Shown piece by piece: positions 26,736 through 38,157 of a DNA stretch of 64,000 bases. Under the pieces are notes generated by a model that ran no database searches, was not told where the DNA came from, and worked only from the letters and a program-made list of their open reading frames with translations. The DNA lies in contig OZ024741.1 of assembly GCA_964016885.1 (NCBI GenBank), positions 393,080,001-393,144,000 of the forward strand, read 5' to 3'. Position numbers and translations under genes: made by a program. The stretch is from Eledone cirrhosa. Lineage: Eukaryota. Numbering within the stretch: position 1 is the stretch's first letter; each line of letters begins with the position of its first letter.

Positions 26736-26915
26736 CAATTAGAAAAGAAAATAATTTATAAGATACAGTCACAATTAGAAAAGAAAATAATTTATAAGAT
26801 ACAGTCACAATTAGAAAAGAAAATAATTTATAAGATACAGTCACAATTAGAAAAGAAAATAATTTATAAGATATAGTCACAATTAGAAAAGAAAATAATT
26901 TATAAGATACAGTCA
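26736..26915. repeat. 36-bp minisatellite, 5 copies
   Basis: Unit CAATTAGAAAAGAAAATAATTTATAAGATACAGTCA x5, with one C>T variant. Confidence 0.95.
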
Positions 26916-27184
26916 CACACATGTGGGTAGTTCTACTTGAAAAAAAAAATGAAACAAAACAAATAAAAATTATATCTATATAAATAATATTTATAAGCAG
27001 AAAAAAGAAATGACTGATTGAAGAGAGAATGTTTTGGTGTGATGACTGTTGAGAAGTAGTGATTATTTCATTCATTACCAACTGTGAACCTTTTTAAATT
27101 CATAGAAAATGTTCAACCACATCACATACACAGCAAATAGATTATGAGGGACGGAGGATGGTATGGTTTAAAATAGTAGTGGTG

Positions 27185-27230
27185 TCAATGGAAGCAATTA
27201 TCATCATCATCTTCATCGTCAATAGCGTCA
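27185..27230 (-). CDS. Possible terminal coding exon (DAIDDEDDDDNCFH*) of the minus-strand gene
   Basis: Pyrimidine tract ..ttttcatctatatgacAG; acidic peptide like the large exon. It needs a phase-2 entry, which none of the identified exons supplies. Confidence 0.25.
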
Positions 27231-27279
27231 CTGTCATATAGATGAAAAATTAACAGAACAAACACTGTAATATTATTTT

Positions 27280-27326
<47 letters not shown>

Positions 27327-28917
27327 AATGTTTCTAAATTTTCTCTTTAATTTATATATCAATGAAAGAAATTCTGAAATAAATACAGAATTTGGGGAGT
27401 TTGTCAAACATTACCAACATTTCCACTGTAAATGTTTTTATATAGCTATCTTAATTAAATGAAGTTGAAGTTATATTGAACAGTGCAGTTGCCTTAGAAT
27501 CATTTGTCTTTTGACATGAAGGCTGGGGTGTTAGAAAAAGTAAAAGTTAGGTGCAAGCAGTGATGATATGATAATTATGACTATTGGCATGAAACTAAAA
27601 TAAATGTGACCACATCTCAAGGGTCATTTCGAAAAGAGTTCTTCATATCAAACAGTTGATGACGATGTATTCCCATACAATCTGAAACATAATTAAGATT
27701 AAAGAAGTATAGTTAATATGAAGCATTGTGAAATATATAATAAATGACTGCTAAGTATTTCAGAAAGCCAGTACACTGTGATAGAAATATATAAAGGGCA
27801 AAGGATGACAAATAAAACAAAACAAACGATCAATTTGTTTTGTACTGCTTTTGTTTTTACATTTAAAAAGAATGTAATAACCCTGAAATATTATGTATTA
27901 TGGGTAAAACATTATTTTGTTTTGTTTTATTTGTCATCTTTGCCCTTTATATATTTCTACTTTTTAACTAAAAAGAACTTTAAAGTTCATTATTAATAAA
28001 AGAAATTTTAAGAAACATCTAAAATGATGACTGTACATAGGATATAACCTGAAGATGGTACTAATTATATCAATCTCTATTTATTGAACAGCTAAGTATG
28101 CTTTTTTGGCAGAAAGGAATGTAATTCAACAAGGTACTTATTTATGTTTGTTGAATTGATGCACACACACACACACACAATAGACCTCTGCAATGTTTCC
28201 ATCTATCTGATTTCAATCGCAAGGAGTCAACCTGGGGTTATGATAGAAGACACTGTCCCCAGGTGCTACACAGTAATAAAGAAGGATTGATGATATTTTC
28301 TATCATCTTATACCCTTTGTACAATCATTTTACATGTTTTCTAAAATTTCTTCTATTAATAATGAACCATAAAATTCTTTTTAGCTAAACAGTCCGTTTT
28401 TTCATTGAAAATCATCTTTGAAAATATCTTGCTTTATCTAGTTACATCATCTGTTTTGAGTTAAAATCACACCAAAGTGAATTTATCATGCCCATAAGCC
28501 TCTCTAGTTCAGGGAATGGAGATCAGGCTAATGTGAACCTCCCATAAATAAATATACATGTATGATCCCATATGCTTATGTGGGGGTGGGGGGGGGGGAA
28601 TGGCTGAGTGTGTAGGGCAACCTAGAAGTTGTCTGCTCATTGATGACCATGAAATTAAATTAAATACAGCCATCTATATAGTGTCTTGTTTTGTTAGCAG
28701 ATGGGGGGGGGGGGGGGCAGTTGGGGCAAAAAAAGGATGCCTCAATTTACAGAATTAAATTCAATTGAATTATGAAGCAGATATTGACTGAGAGAATGAC
28801 ATATCTAAAGTGGAAGAGACATCATTTAAACTTATTGACATGGGACAGTAGAAATACATTACACAGATATACTGATTTAGTGGAATTTAATTCAATTCTT
28901 ATGGTATTATAAGAACA

Positions 28918-29050
28918 GAGAGACATTTGAATTTCTAAATACAAGAAAAATGTAGACATTCAATGTTCTTAATATGAGAAAAACAGAAACATTTAAAGTT
29001 CTTAATATGAGAAAAATGTAGGGACATTCAAAGTTCTTAATATGTGAGAA
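28918..29050. repeat. Degenerate ~33-35-bp tandem repeat, ~4 copies
   Basis: Recurring gacattcaa(t/a)gttcttaatatgagaaaaa. Confidence 0.65.
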
Positions 29051-29774
29051 GAAATTAGGCTGATTTTACTAGATAATCAGATTCAAATGGGAATGGAATT
29101 TAAAATAGTAATTTAATAAGACCTTAATTGATGCACAAAATGCCTTGTAGAGATTCACACAGAAACTTTCTTTCAAAGCAATTATTTGTATTTAAACTAA
29201 AGTTAAATTTATATGAAAGAAGCACAAACAATTGCACAGACACACACATGCACACATCTTTGTTCCATTTGTAGAGATAGCTCAAAATAAAATAAAATAT
29301 TTACTTAAAATATATATTTTTTAAGAAATATTGAAGATCTACTACAAGACATAGGGAGAAATTTGGCTTGGCATTCAGCTGAAATTTACAGCTCACACCT
29401 ATGCTGGTTTAGCTGGGTTCCTATGAGGTTGCATCTCAAGGGTTTCTCAAACGTTATAATGATAGAGGCCCTAGTCCCATCATGAAAAGCGACAGGAGAT
29501 GAAGCATCTTGTTCAAGAATACAACATCCTACCTGGCACAAGAACCGATGACTGCGATTCTATCATTTTAACCACTGGGCCAAGCTGTAGTCATAAAAAT
29601 TCAGATAAACATATGGAAGATAATGAAAATAACTGCTCATGAAAATAACATGAGCAGCCAGATGAATAAGCAGCATGTTGATATTATGGCTATATATAAT
29701 ATAATCAATCACAGGAAAATAAACAAATGTAAACATTTTCTAACATCATCACCTACATACATTACCTTAACCCT

Positions 29775-30105
29775 TCTTCTTCACTCATTTATTTCTGAGA
29801 GTTGTGGGGGCAGAGTCCTCAAACACTCCTTCCAGCAGGTCCTGTCAGAAGCAACCATCTCCAACTGATCTGACTGGATCACCAAGTGTAACCAGCTAAG
29901 CTCATGGATGTTATCCAAACATCTTGCATGGGGTCTACCCCTGGGTCTCCTGCCAGTTGGTTTGGCCATAAAATCTGTCCAGTAATTCTTTTCTGAGACA
30001 TTCTAACTACATGCCCATAGTATCAGAGCTGTGATCTCTCAATTCAATAAGTAATGGCTCTACCTGGAGTGAATCTCTGATCTCTGAGCTACACCTTATT
30101 CAAAT
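29775..30105 (-). mobile_element. RTE LINE 3' fragment
   Basis: MAKPTGRRPRGRP..CLDNI..DRTCWK; paralogous to 34977-35880. Confidence 0.75.
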
Positions 30106-31154
30106 TAAAGAAGCTGCTTTGTTTATGTCATAAAACTAGGCAAGTTAGTATCAAAAGAGTTAAGAATATGTTTACTCACCTACTATAAACAACATCAAAT
30201 TCAGTTTTACACACAATTTGATGTTTATACTGAACAATCACTCAAAAGATCTGGAGTTTCTACAAATTACAATTAAATAAACAAATGAATCAGTGTAAGA
30301 AGAGCAAATGAATGCATATATACAAATATAATCAATATTTGAAAGTAATTTCAGTTAAGGTGTCCATACAGCATAGACAAAGCTTTTAGACATATTCATT
30401 TTATATGTATGGAAAATTAATAGATAGTAGACAATGACTTACATAATCAAATAATTGAAATAGGATTTCTTCTTTAGACATTTCAATATATTTAAAAAGT
30501 TACAATATCAAAATAAATACATTAGCTATAGTTTCCTGTAGTCATAATAATTTTGAGTATTCACACTTCTCGTGCACAAAATAAGTGTTTTTGAGTGTCA
30601 AGTAAACTATATACTTTGTGTTCTGATATTATTTTATACATTCTATTCTTCATCAATGCAACTACAACCACTGTTCTACTATTGTAATAAATCTATATTA
30701 TAATAACTGTACAGCCTATTTGACCATCTGTTAGACAAATGCTACAATCTATCAAAAACATTCTGAAATTATTTCATTCACTCAAGAAACTAATTGCGTC
30801 GTCACTCTCTCCCTCTCATTCGTATGTATGCAGGCATACATACACACATGCATATTTATTGTTTTTATATAAATTACATGTTTGTATGTAAATTAGTACG
30901 CACATATCAATGCAGCTGTATATGCAAAAAAGCATTTCCAATAGAAGTACCAAATGCATTTTTTCACATGGCTACCGAGACATCTGTAACATGATCAGGG
31001 CATAAAACATCCATAGCAAGACTCATGTTTATTATACATAAACATATTGTATATGCTTTTATATATGCCTCTATTATATATATATATATATATATATATA
31101 TCCTGCTCTTACACTTCATTTTGGCTTGGTCTCTATGGCCCTTCTTAATGCCAG

Positions 31155-31207
<53 letters not shown>

Positions 31208-31419
31208 CGTTTCTGAATTTGTTTAGCAAGATTCTTTATCTGAAATCGTGTGTTGAAACCGATATTGTTATACTTTGGGAGGGTCATGTTGCCAATAAGA
31301 AACACATGCACCAGTTGCTTTCACTTCAATTTATTATATATTTATAAATTTATAAATTTACAAATTTATAAATTTCTGGTTGGTTGGTTGGTTCCACAAC
31401 CAGATAGTTGTTTATATAT

Positions 31420-31464
31420 AGTCATAGTTCTTTCGTCACACACTCTGTGACCTCTTCAGTGACT
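31420..31464 (-). ncRNA. Minimal type I hammerhead ribozyme (mirror copy)
   Basis: Exact reverse complement of 34247-34291. Confidence 0.75.
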
Positions 31465-31664
31465 GGGGATTCCTTTCTTTGTTTCTGTGCCTCTCCTTTG
31501 TTCTGTCCTACGCCATTTTGTTTCTCTGTGTGTGTTGTGTGCTCAGTCTGGGCATGCGCCACATCCGGGTGTCTGTGTGTGTTTATGTTCATTTATTTAT
31601 TTGTTTATTTACATGTTACTGGTTGGTTGTTTCTTCTATGTGTGTGTGTGTTTTCATTTTGTCC

Positions 31665-32385
31665 TTAATTGTAAGTTGTGATGTTGCTGTTCCACTCATA
31701 TTTTCTATTTAATTTTGGTTGTAATTCTTTTATGTTTATTGCCTCTGTAATTTGTCTAAACATTGCGTCTTTTCTGTGTGTAGATTCTATTTTTATTTTT
31801 ATGTTCTCTAATTTACTCTTGTGTTCTATTTTAGCATGTTGGTAGAGTACAGATGATTCTTTATTATCTTGAAGGTCTCGCCAGTGTTCATTTATCCGTT
31901 CCCCTACACTACGAGCTGTCTCACCTATGTACACTATATTTTTGTCTCTACATTGTCCTTCAGTACATCTTATGCTATACACTATATTTCTAGTTTTACA
32001 GTTAATATGGGAGCTTATTTTACAGGTTATACATTTCTTATCTATACATGAGGGTTTTTGAAAAGGGTATGTCTTGCTAATAAGTGTTTTTACGGAGGTA
32101 CCTGGTCTTTCTACTATCTTAATATTGAGTTTATGTTTATTTAGGGCCCTTCTAAATTTATAAGCTAATTCACCTCTAGGGGTTGTATCGATGAACATTA
32201 CACTCTGGTATTTATTGCTATCATACCATGAGTTTATTCTATTAGCCTTGTTCTTTGTTCTTTCTATTCTATTCCAAAATTTGCTCCTATACAAGGGGCA
32301 GGTCCCATTTATGTCATTATTTACCATTTTTTCCCATTTGGTTCTGGCTCCTCTATACACTCTGATTTTATCTCTCTGATTGTAG
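31665..32385 (-). pseudogene. Inverted partial copy of the Penelope ORF (linker and GIY-YIG endonuclease)
   Basis: 231-aa ORF with 8 amino-acid differences from the C-terminus of 32391-34046. Confidence 0.9.
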
Positions 32386-32390
32386 GCAGT

Positions 32391-34046
32391 ATGAATGTTG
32401 TGTCCCTGTATCCATCTATTGACGTGGATTTTGCTGTGGAGAAGTGCGTAGAAATGATCAGTGAGAGCAAGGTTGAGTTCCGTGGGATTGATACCAGTGA
32501 GCTGGGACTCCTACTTAAGCTTACCTATAGTAATAATTACCTAGACACATATGACCTTAGCAACCTGTGCCCTACAAGACCAGCAAGAGGCATACCACCT
32601 ACCATTACCTCAATGGCCAAGAAAACCCACACAGATAGATGGACCGGGTGGACCAGAGCCATACGGACACCCGAAAACCACGATGAACTGAAGAAAATGA
32701 TTGCACATGCGGTAGGGGCCAGCATAAAACTAACCCTTAAGGAACATATGTTCAAATTTAATGGAAAAACATATGCCCAAGAGGAAGGAGCAGCCATTGG
32801 TGTTAGCATTGCAGGCGACATAGCTAACTTATTCATGGTATGGTGGGACAGTAGACTTAAACAAAAATTTAATGAACAATTAGAAGACAGCTTAACCCTG
32901 ATAATGTACTCCCGCTACGTAGATGATATAAACATTGTAGTTAAGACACCCCCACTAGAGAACAGTCAGGAACTAGAGAAAAACACAATGGAAAGCATCC
33001 AGCAAATAGCAAACTCCATCCACCAGAGCATTAGAGTTACTATAGACTACCCAAGTAAACACCCCAACCATCGATTACCTGTACTAGACACAGAGCTCTG
33101 GTTAGATACCATTAACAACAAAAAACAAATCCTCCATTCCCATTATGCCAAACCCATGACTTCCAAACATCTGATCCACCGAAACTCGGCCATTTCGGAC
33201 CATACCAAAATCAACATACTGATTGCGGATTTGGTACGGGTGATGAGAAATGTGTCCTGCATGTGCACCCCTGAAGAACTAGAGAGACACATACAACACT
33301 TCATCCACTGTATGCAGTTCTCTGGCTACAATCAGAGAGATAAAATCAGAGTGTATAGAGGAGCCAGAACCAAATGGGAAAAAATGGTAAATAATGACAT
33401 AAATGGGACCTGCCCCTTGTATAGGAGCAAATTTTGGAATAGAATAGCAAGAACTAGGAACAAGGCTAATAGAATAAACTCATGGTATGATAGCAATAAA
33501 TACCAGAGTGTAATGTTCATCGATACAACCCCTAGAGGTGAATTAGCTTATAAATTTAGAAGGGCCCTAAATAAACATAAACTCAATATTAAGATAGTAG
33601 AAAGACCAGGTACCTCCGTAAAAACACTTATTAGCAAGACAAACCCTTTTCAAAGACCCTCATGTATAGATAAGAAATGTATAACCTGTAAAATAAGCCC
33701 CCATATTAACTGTAAAACTAGAAATGTAGTGTATAGCATAAGATGTACTGAAGGACAATGTAGAGACAAAAATATAGTGTACATAGGTGAGACAGCTCGT
33801 AGTGTAGGGGAACGGATAAATGAACACTGGCGAGACCTTCAAGATAATAAAGAATCATCTGTACTCTACCAACATGCTAAAATAGAACACAAGAATAAAT
33901 TAGAGAACATAGAAATAAAAATAGAATCTACACACAGAAAAGACGCAATGTTTAGACAAATTACAGAGGCAATAAACATAAAAGAATTACAACCAAAATT
34001 AAATAGAAAATATGAGTGGAACAGCAACATCACAACTTACAATTAA
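32391..34046 (+). CDS. Penelope-like RT and C-terminal GIY-YIG endonuclease, N-terminally truncated (551 aa)
   Basis: RT motifs SLYPSI, EGAAIG, RYVDD, LPVLD; Cys-rich linker CxxxxCxxC; GIY-YIG NVVYSIRC..YIGETARSVGERINEH; motif A reads GSMNV instead of GSMDV. Confidence 0.92.
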   Translation: MNVVSLYPSIDVDFAVEKCVEMISESKVEFRGIDTSELGLLLKLTYSNNYLDTYDLSNLCPTRPARGIPPTITSMAKKTHTDRWTGWTRAIRTPENHDELKKMIAHAVGASIKLTLKEHMFKFNGKTYAQEEGAAIGVSIAGDIANLFMVWWDSRLKQKFNEQLEDSLTLIMYSRYVDDINIVVKTPPLENSQELEKNTMESIQQIANSIHQSIRVTIDYPSKHPNHRLPVLDTELWLDTINNKKQILHSHYAKPMTSKHLIHRNSAISDHTKINILIADLVRVMRNVSCMCTPEELERHIQHFIHCMQFSGYNQRDKIRVYRGARTKWEKMVNNDINGTCPLYRSKFWNRIARTRNKANRINSWYDSNKYQSVMFIDTTPRGELAYKFRRALNKHKLNIKIVERPGTSVKTLISKTNPFQRPSCIDKKCITCKISPHINCKTRNVVYSIRCTEGQCRDKNIVYIGETARSVGERINEHWRDLQDNKESSVLYQHAKIEHKNKLENIEIKIESTHRKDAMFRQITEAINIKELQPKLNRKYEWNSNITTYN

Positions 34047-34246
34047 GGACAAAATGAAAACACACACACACATAGAACAAACAACCAACCAGTAACATGT
34101 AAATAAACAAATAAATAAATGAACATAAACACACACAGACACCCGGATGTGGCGCATGCCCAGACTGAGCACACAACACACACAGAGAAACAAAATGGCG
34201 TAGGACAGAACAAAGGAGAGGCACAGAAACAAAGAAAGGAATCCCC

Positions 34247-34291
34247 AGTCACTGAAGAGGTCACAGAGTGTGTGACGAAAGAACTATGACT
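34247..34291 (+). ncRNA. Minimal type I hammerhead ribozyme in the Penelope 3' pseudo-LTR
   Basis: AGTCA-CTGAAGA-G-GTCACA(gagtg)TGTGAC-GAAA-G(aa)C-TA-TGACT: 5-bp stem I, 6-bp stem II, vestigial stem III, predicted cleavage after CUA at 34286. Confidence 0.75.
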
Positions 34292-34441
34292 ATATATAAA
34301 CAACTATCTGATTGTGGAACCAACCAACCAACCAGAAATTTATAAATTTGTAAATTTATAAATTTATAAATATATAATAAATTGAAGTGAAAGCAACTGG
34401 TGCGTGTGTTTCTTATTGGCAACATGACCCTCCCAAAGTAT

Positions 34442-34491
<50 letters not shown>

Positions 34492-34976
34492 GGGGGGGTT
34501 AATAGAAAAAACATTAATTAATTCATTACATATTGGTGAGTCTCACGTGTTTCAATATGTTATATATTTGGCCTGTGATATCTGTGTTATTATATCCATT
34601 ACCTCACACTATCCAATAATATTCAATGTACTTCAAAGAAAGTATAAAGAAAAATGATATTAAAGCTAAGGAATGCTTAAGGTTGTGCATATACAGAGAT
34701 TCATACACACATACCCTCCGACAGACACACAAATATAAAAATATATTCATATATACACCAAAGAATGTAAGTTCATTGGTTGATAATATGGGATGCTGTA
34801 TAAAATGAAATAGGACTGACAGTTAAAAAAAAATAAAGATAGTGAGAATTTGTGGGAAGAAGGCAAACAAAAAATTTAAATGAATTTCTTTATTGGTTTA
34901 TGACTAAGTAGAACTGCAATCAAACTAAACACTGAATGTAGAGTTATGACAAAAAATAAATATAAACATAATAGAC

Positions 34977-35880
34977 TTCTTCTTTGCCCACTTATTCCCT
35001 AGAAGGTCATGGGGGCAGAGTCCTCAAATACTCCTTCCAGCAGGTCATGTCAGAAGCAACCGTCTCCAACTGATCTGACTGGATCCCCAAGCCAAGCTCA
35101 TGGATGTTATCCAAACATCTTGCTCAGAGTCTCCTGCCAGTTGGTTTTGCCCATAAAATCTGTCCAGCGAATCTTTCCCGAGACAGTCTAACCATAGTAT
35201 TGGAGCTGTGATCTCTCAAATCAGAGAAGTAGTGGCCCTACTTGGAGTGACTCTCTGATCTCCAAGCTACGCACCCTATCAAGTAATGCTACTCTAAAGA
35301 TCCTTTGGAGGAACTCCAATTCGGCTGCTTGTATTTGTGATCATATTCTTTTGGTCATTACCCAAGATTCCTGACCATAGGTAACGGTTGACAAGAATAC
35401 TGAATTGAAGATAGTGAGTTTAGCTTTTATGCCTACCTCCCATCTTCTGATTACTGAATGATGAAGCTGGCACATTACTGCACCAGCTCCTGCAATTCAG
35501 CCTCCTGTCCTCCATCACTTGTGAACACGACCCTGAGATACTTGAACTTCTCCACCTGCTTCAGTGGAACTCCATTCACATGTAGAGTGCACTGCACAGG
35601 CTTCCTTATGAGCATATGTGTATCAATTTTCACAGCAATGATTTTCATTCCAGCCATGCAAGCGCTCGGCATAAAACCTATAAAGTGCAGGTTGGAGATC
35701 ACCTTCTGTCAAGTTAAGCAAATTGCAGCCAACTGATTTTACACCTGCCACTCGTGATACCCCTTCCAACCCTGCTGTGCATGTCAATCCTGTTCATGAA
35801 AATAATGAACAGGAGAGGTGACAATATGTACCCTTGGCGGAATCTAACTCCCACATTGAATGGCTTCGATTAAGCACCAT
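34977..35880 (-). mobile_element. RTE LINE fragment (RT C-terminal half)
   Basis: Minus-strand VGVRFRQGYILSPLLF, AGMKI, LKQVEKFKYL..FTSDG. Confidence 0.8.
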
Positions 35881-35940
35881 ATAAACATAATAGACCAATA
35901 GACATTATAGACAAGAAAAATATTTTCTGAAACTATATAA

Positions 35941-37073
35941 CTTGCTGAGGTAACCAGCTTCGCCCGGGAGAACAGTTAAGAGAAGACGGATAAAAGAGAA
36001 AACGACTGTATTGGAAGTGTTGTCTGGTTTACAGTAAGAGGTGAGACCGTAATATGTGTGTGTGCGCATGTGTGTGTGTCTGTGAGAGAGAGACATAAAA
36101 AAAAACAATCATAAAACTTCCTTATGAGGCTGGGTGAGTAAACTGCCAATTAAATGGTAGCATTGGCCTTGGATTTTAAATGTGAAATAACCATAGTCAG
36201 TATGATCTTTGTCAGCTCCAATAGATGTCATCTGAAATGCAGCAATATACTGCATAACATTACTTCTGAAGTGTTTAGTTTTGTTAGTACGGTTTGTAAA
36301 CAGTATATGGATAAAAGCTGGAGGGTCTTCTAGCAGTGGAAGTCTGACCTTCCCTCCTAAGTGTAATATCCATGCTACCAATTGCAACTTTAGGATCATT
36401 TCTACTATTCTTCGATGGATCATATGAAAACGCAGCTCTTAGCCACTTTATTCTGGCTTGAAGAGTTGTTTGTGATTGTGTATCTCTCTCTCTGTATAAC
36501 AGCTTATCTCTCTCTCTCTCTCTTTAGATGTGTGTGTGTGTTCGTTATGCCAGTCATCACAGAAATGTATGTATACTCACACTCACATACACTCCCATAC
36601 ATATACTTGTCAGTCAGCACATATGTATATGCATGTGTAGATGTGTGTGTGTGTGTTTAATTCTCTGTGAAACTTACTTAGGCCTAACTTACCTAACGAA
36701 CGCGCAAACACACACACAGACACATACATATTCATATACAAAATGTGATGTCTACACTCTCACACACATACTTATCAGTCAATACATATGTATATGTATG
36801 TGTAGATGTGTGTGTGTTTAATTCTCTGAGGCCTAATGTATGTAATGAATGCAGTGACATTGTGGTGGTATAAAATGTCTTTTAGTTGACTATAGAAAGA
36901 TTAATTTAGATAAAATGTTATATTGTTTTAATCGAAATGCAAATAAACATTACATGTTGACACTCCCGGGGTCTAATACCTTGTAAAATTTGATTTGATT
37001 TGGTCGAGCCGTTTGAGATTGCATAAGGACAGACAGACAGACAGAGAGACAAAGAATTTTATATAGAGAGAGA
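35941..37073 (-). mobile_element. Non-autonomous Helitron carrying a Rep N-terminal fragment
   Basis: Minus strand A|TC..CAAG|T (degenerate CTAG) with a GC-rich subterminal hairpin remnant; ORF 36109-36423 GKVRLPLL..AAFQMTSIG..TFKIQGQCYHLIGSLL is a Helitron Rep N-terminal signature. Confidence 0.85.
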
Positions 37074-38157
37074 TGCAGTGAAGGCATTAGCAAAAAAAAT
37101 CATGTACATGACAGTGAATCCATGAAGAGAAATGTGATAAGGTATAATAGCAAATAATAAAATAATTATAATGATAAGCGAAATAATACAAGGAGCACCA
37201 GCAAAAGACTTAATGATATACAAGAGTATACAAAGATAGTGTTAACTCAAAGTGAAACAATATTGACAAAAAGTATTAGAAGAAATTTCTCAAGCAGTGT
37301 TAGACCATGCTTTGCCGAGGAGGTTTACTAAGACTGAAACAGGTCCAGAGTTGTCACAATAATTATCAAATATCAACATAGCTCCATTCAATTTTTAATT
37401 TATCTTTCAGAGTTTTCAATTTTGTCTTTTTTAACAAAAATTGTCATTATTACTTTTCTTCTCATGAGGTTGTAATTTCAGCTGATTAAAAATTCTACAT
37501 TTTAATATGTTTGCTAACACTTAATTATATGTTCTTCATCTAGAAGACACTGCTGGGAAATTTTTCAGTATCATGTTCAATAATTTACTTAATTTGTTTC
37601 TTTTTTATTATTATAAGTTTAAGATGTTGAATTACTAACCATATGTTCATGAGTTCTAACATTATTTCAGACATTATGCTGTACCTCATAGCAAGTTCAT
37701 TACTCTGCTTCAATCAGTCCAGTCTAGCTAAGAATAGATTCTAATCCTATCCTGCATTTGACAAGTTAGCTGTAAGAAAGCTAACCACATATAAAAATGT
37801 GTAAAAGCCCAAATTTGAAGAGATTATTCCACTCATGCTACTAAGAAAAACATTACCCACATATTGGGTAACAATAATAACGATTATTTAAATATAAAAA
37901 GACTTAATCATAATGATTTTTCAACAGTATTTGTAATGTGAAATAGTTCCAATAGGAAATGAATTTCAATCAATTTGCAAAGAAAATTCACAACTGCATT
38001 ATGGAAATAATAACCAGACTGAGGGTATTTTTAGTATATCTGCAGCAACAGGAATTAAACAAAATACTAGTACAGAAAGTAAATAAAGAAAAAGAAATGA
38101 GTCTAGAAGATTGAAAAAGGAAATGTACATTAGTGATATAATAGTGATGATAAATAC

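Larger units (their letters stand above)
31206..34449. mobile_element. Penelope-like retroelement (probably Naiad clade): two 5'-truncated copies in inverted orientation within (TA)n
   Basis: 1124-bp inverted arms at 31262-32385 and 33326-34449; 56-bp tail (31206-31261) on the left arm only; RT+GIY-YIG ORF; hammerhead in each arm; (TA)n on both flanks. Confidence 0.93.

Noticed and set aside
26671-27081. 136-aa ORF with 12-aa repeats; CRISPR-like appearance
   Set aside because: Product of a 36-bp minisatellite with no spacers, in eukaryotic DNA with no cas genes
30174-30265. Possible minus-strand exon ending at a GTGAGT donor
   Set aside because: No canonical acceptor gives an open frame in phase with the large exon
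34047-34449. Selenocysteine/SECIS, as described for some Naiad elements
   Set aside because: No in-frame TGA in the 551-aa ORF, and no SECIS-like stem recognised by eye
31262-34449. A/G bias among differences between the arms, as a trace of ADAR editing
   Set aside because: Only about 5 A/G differences among ~11; compatible with ordinary transition bias
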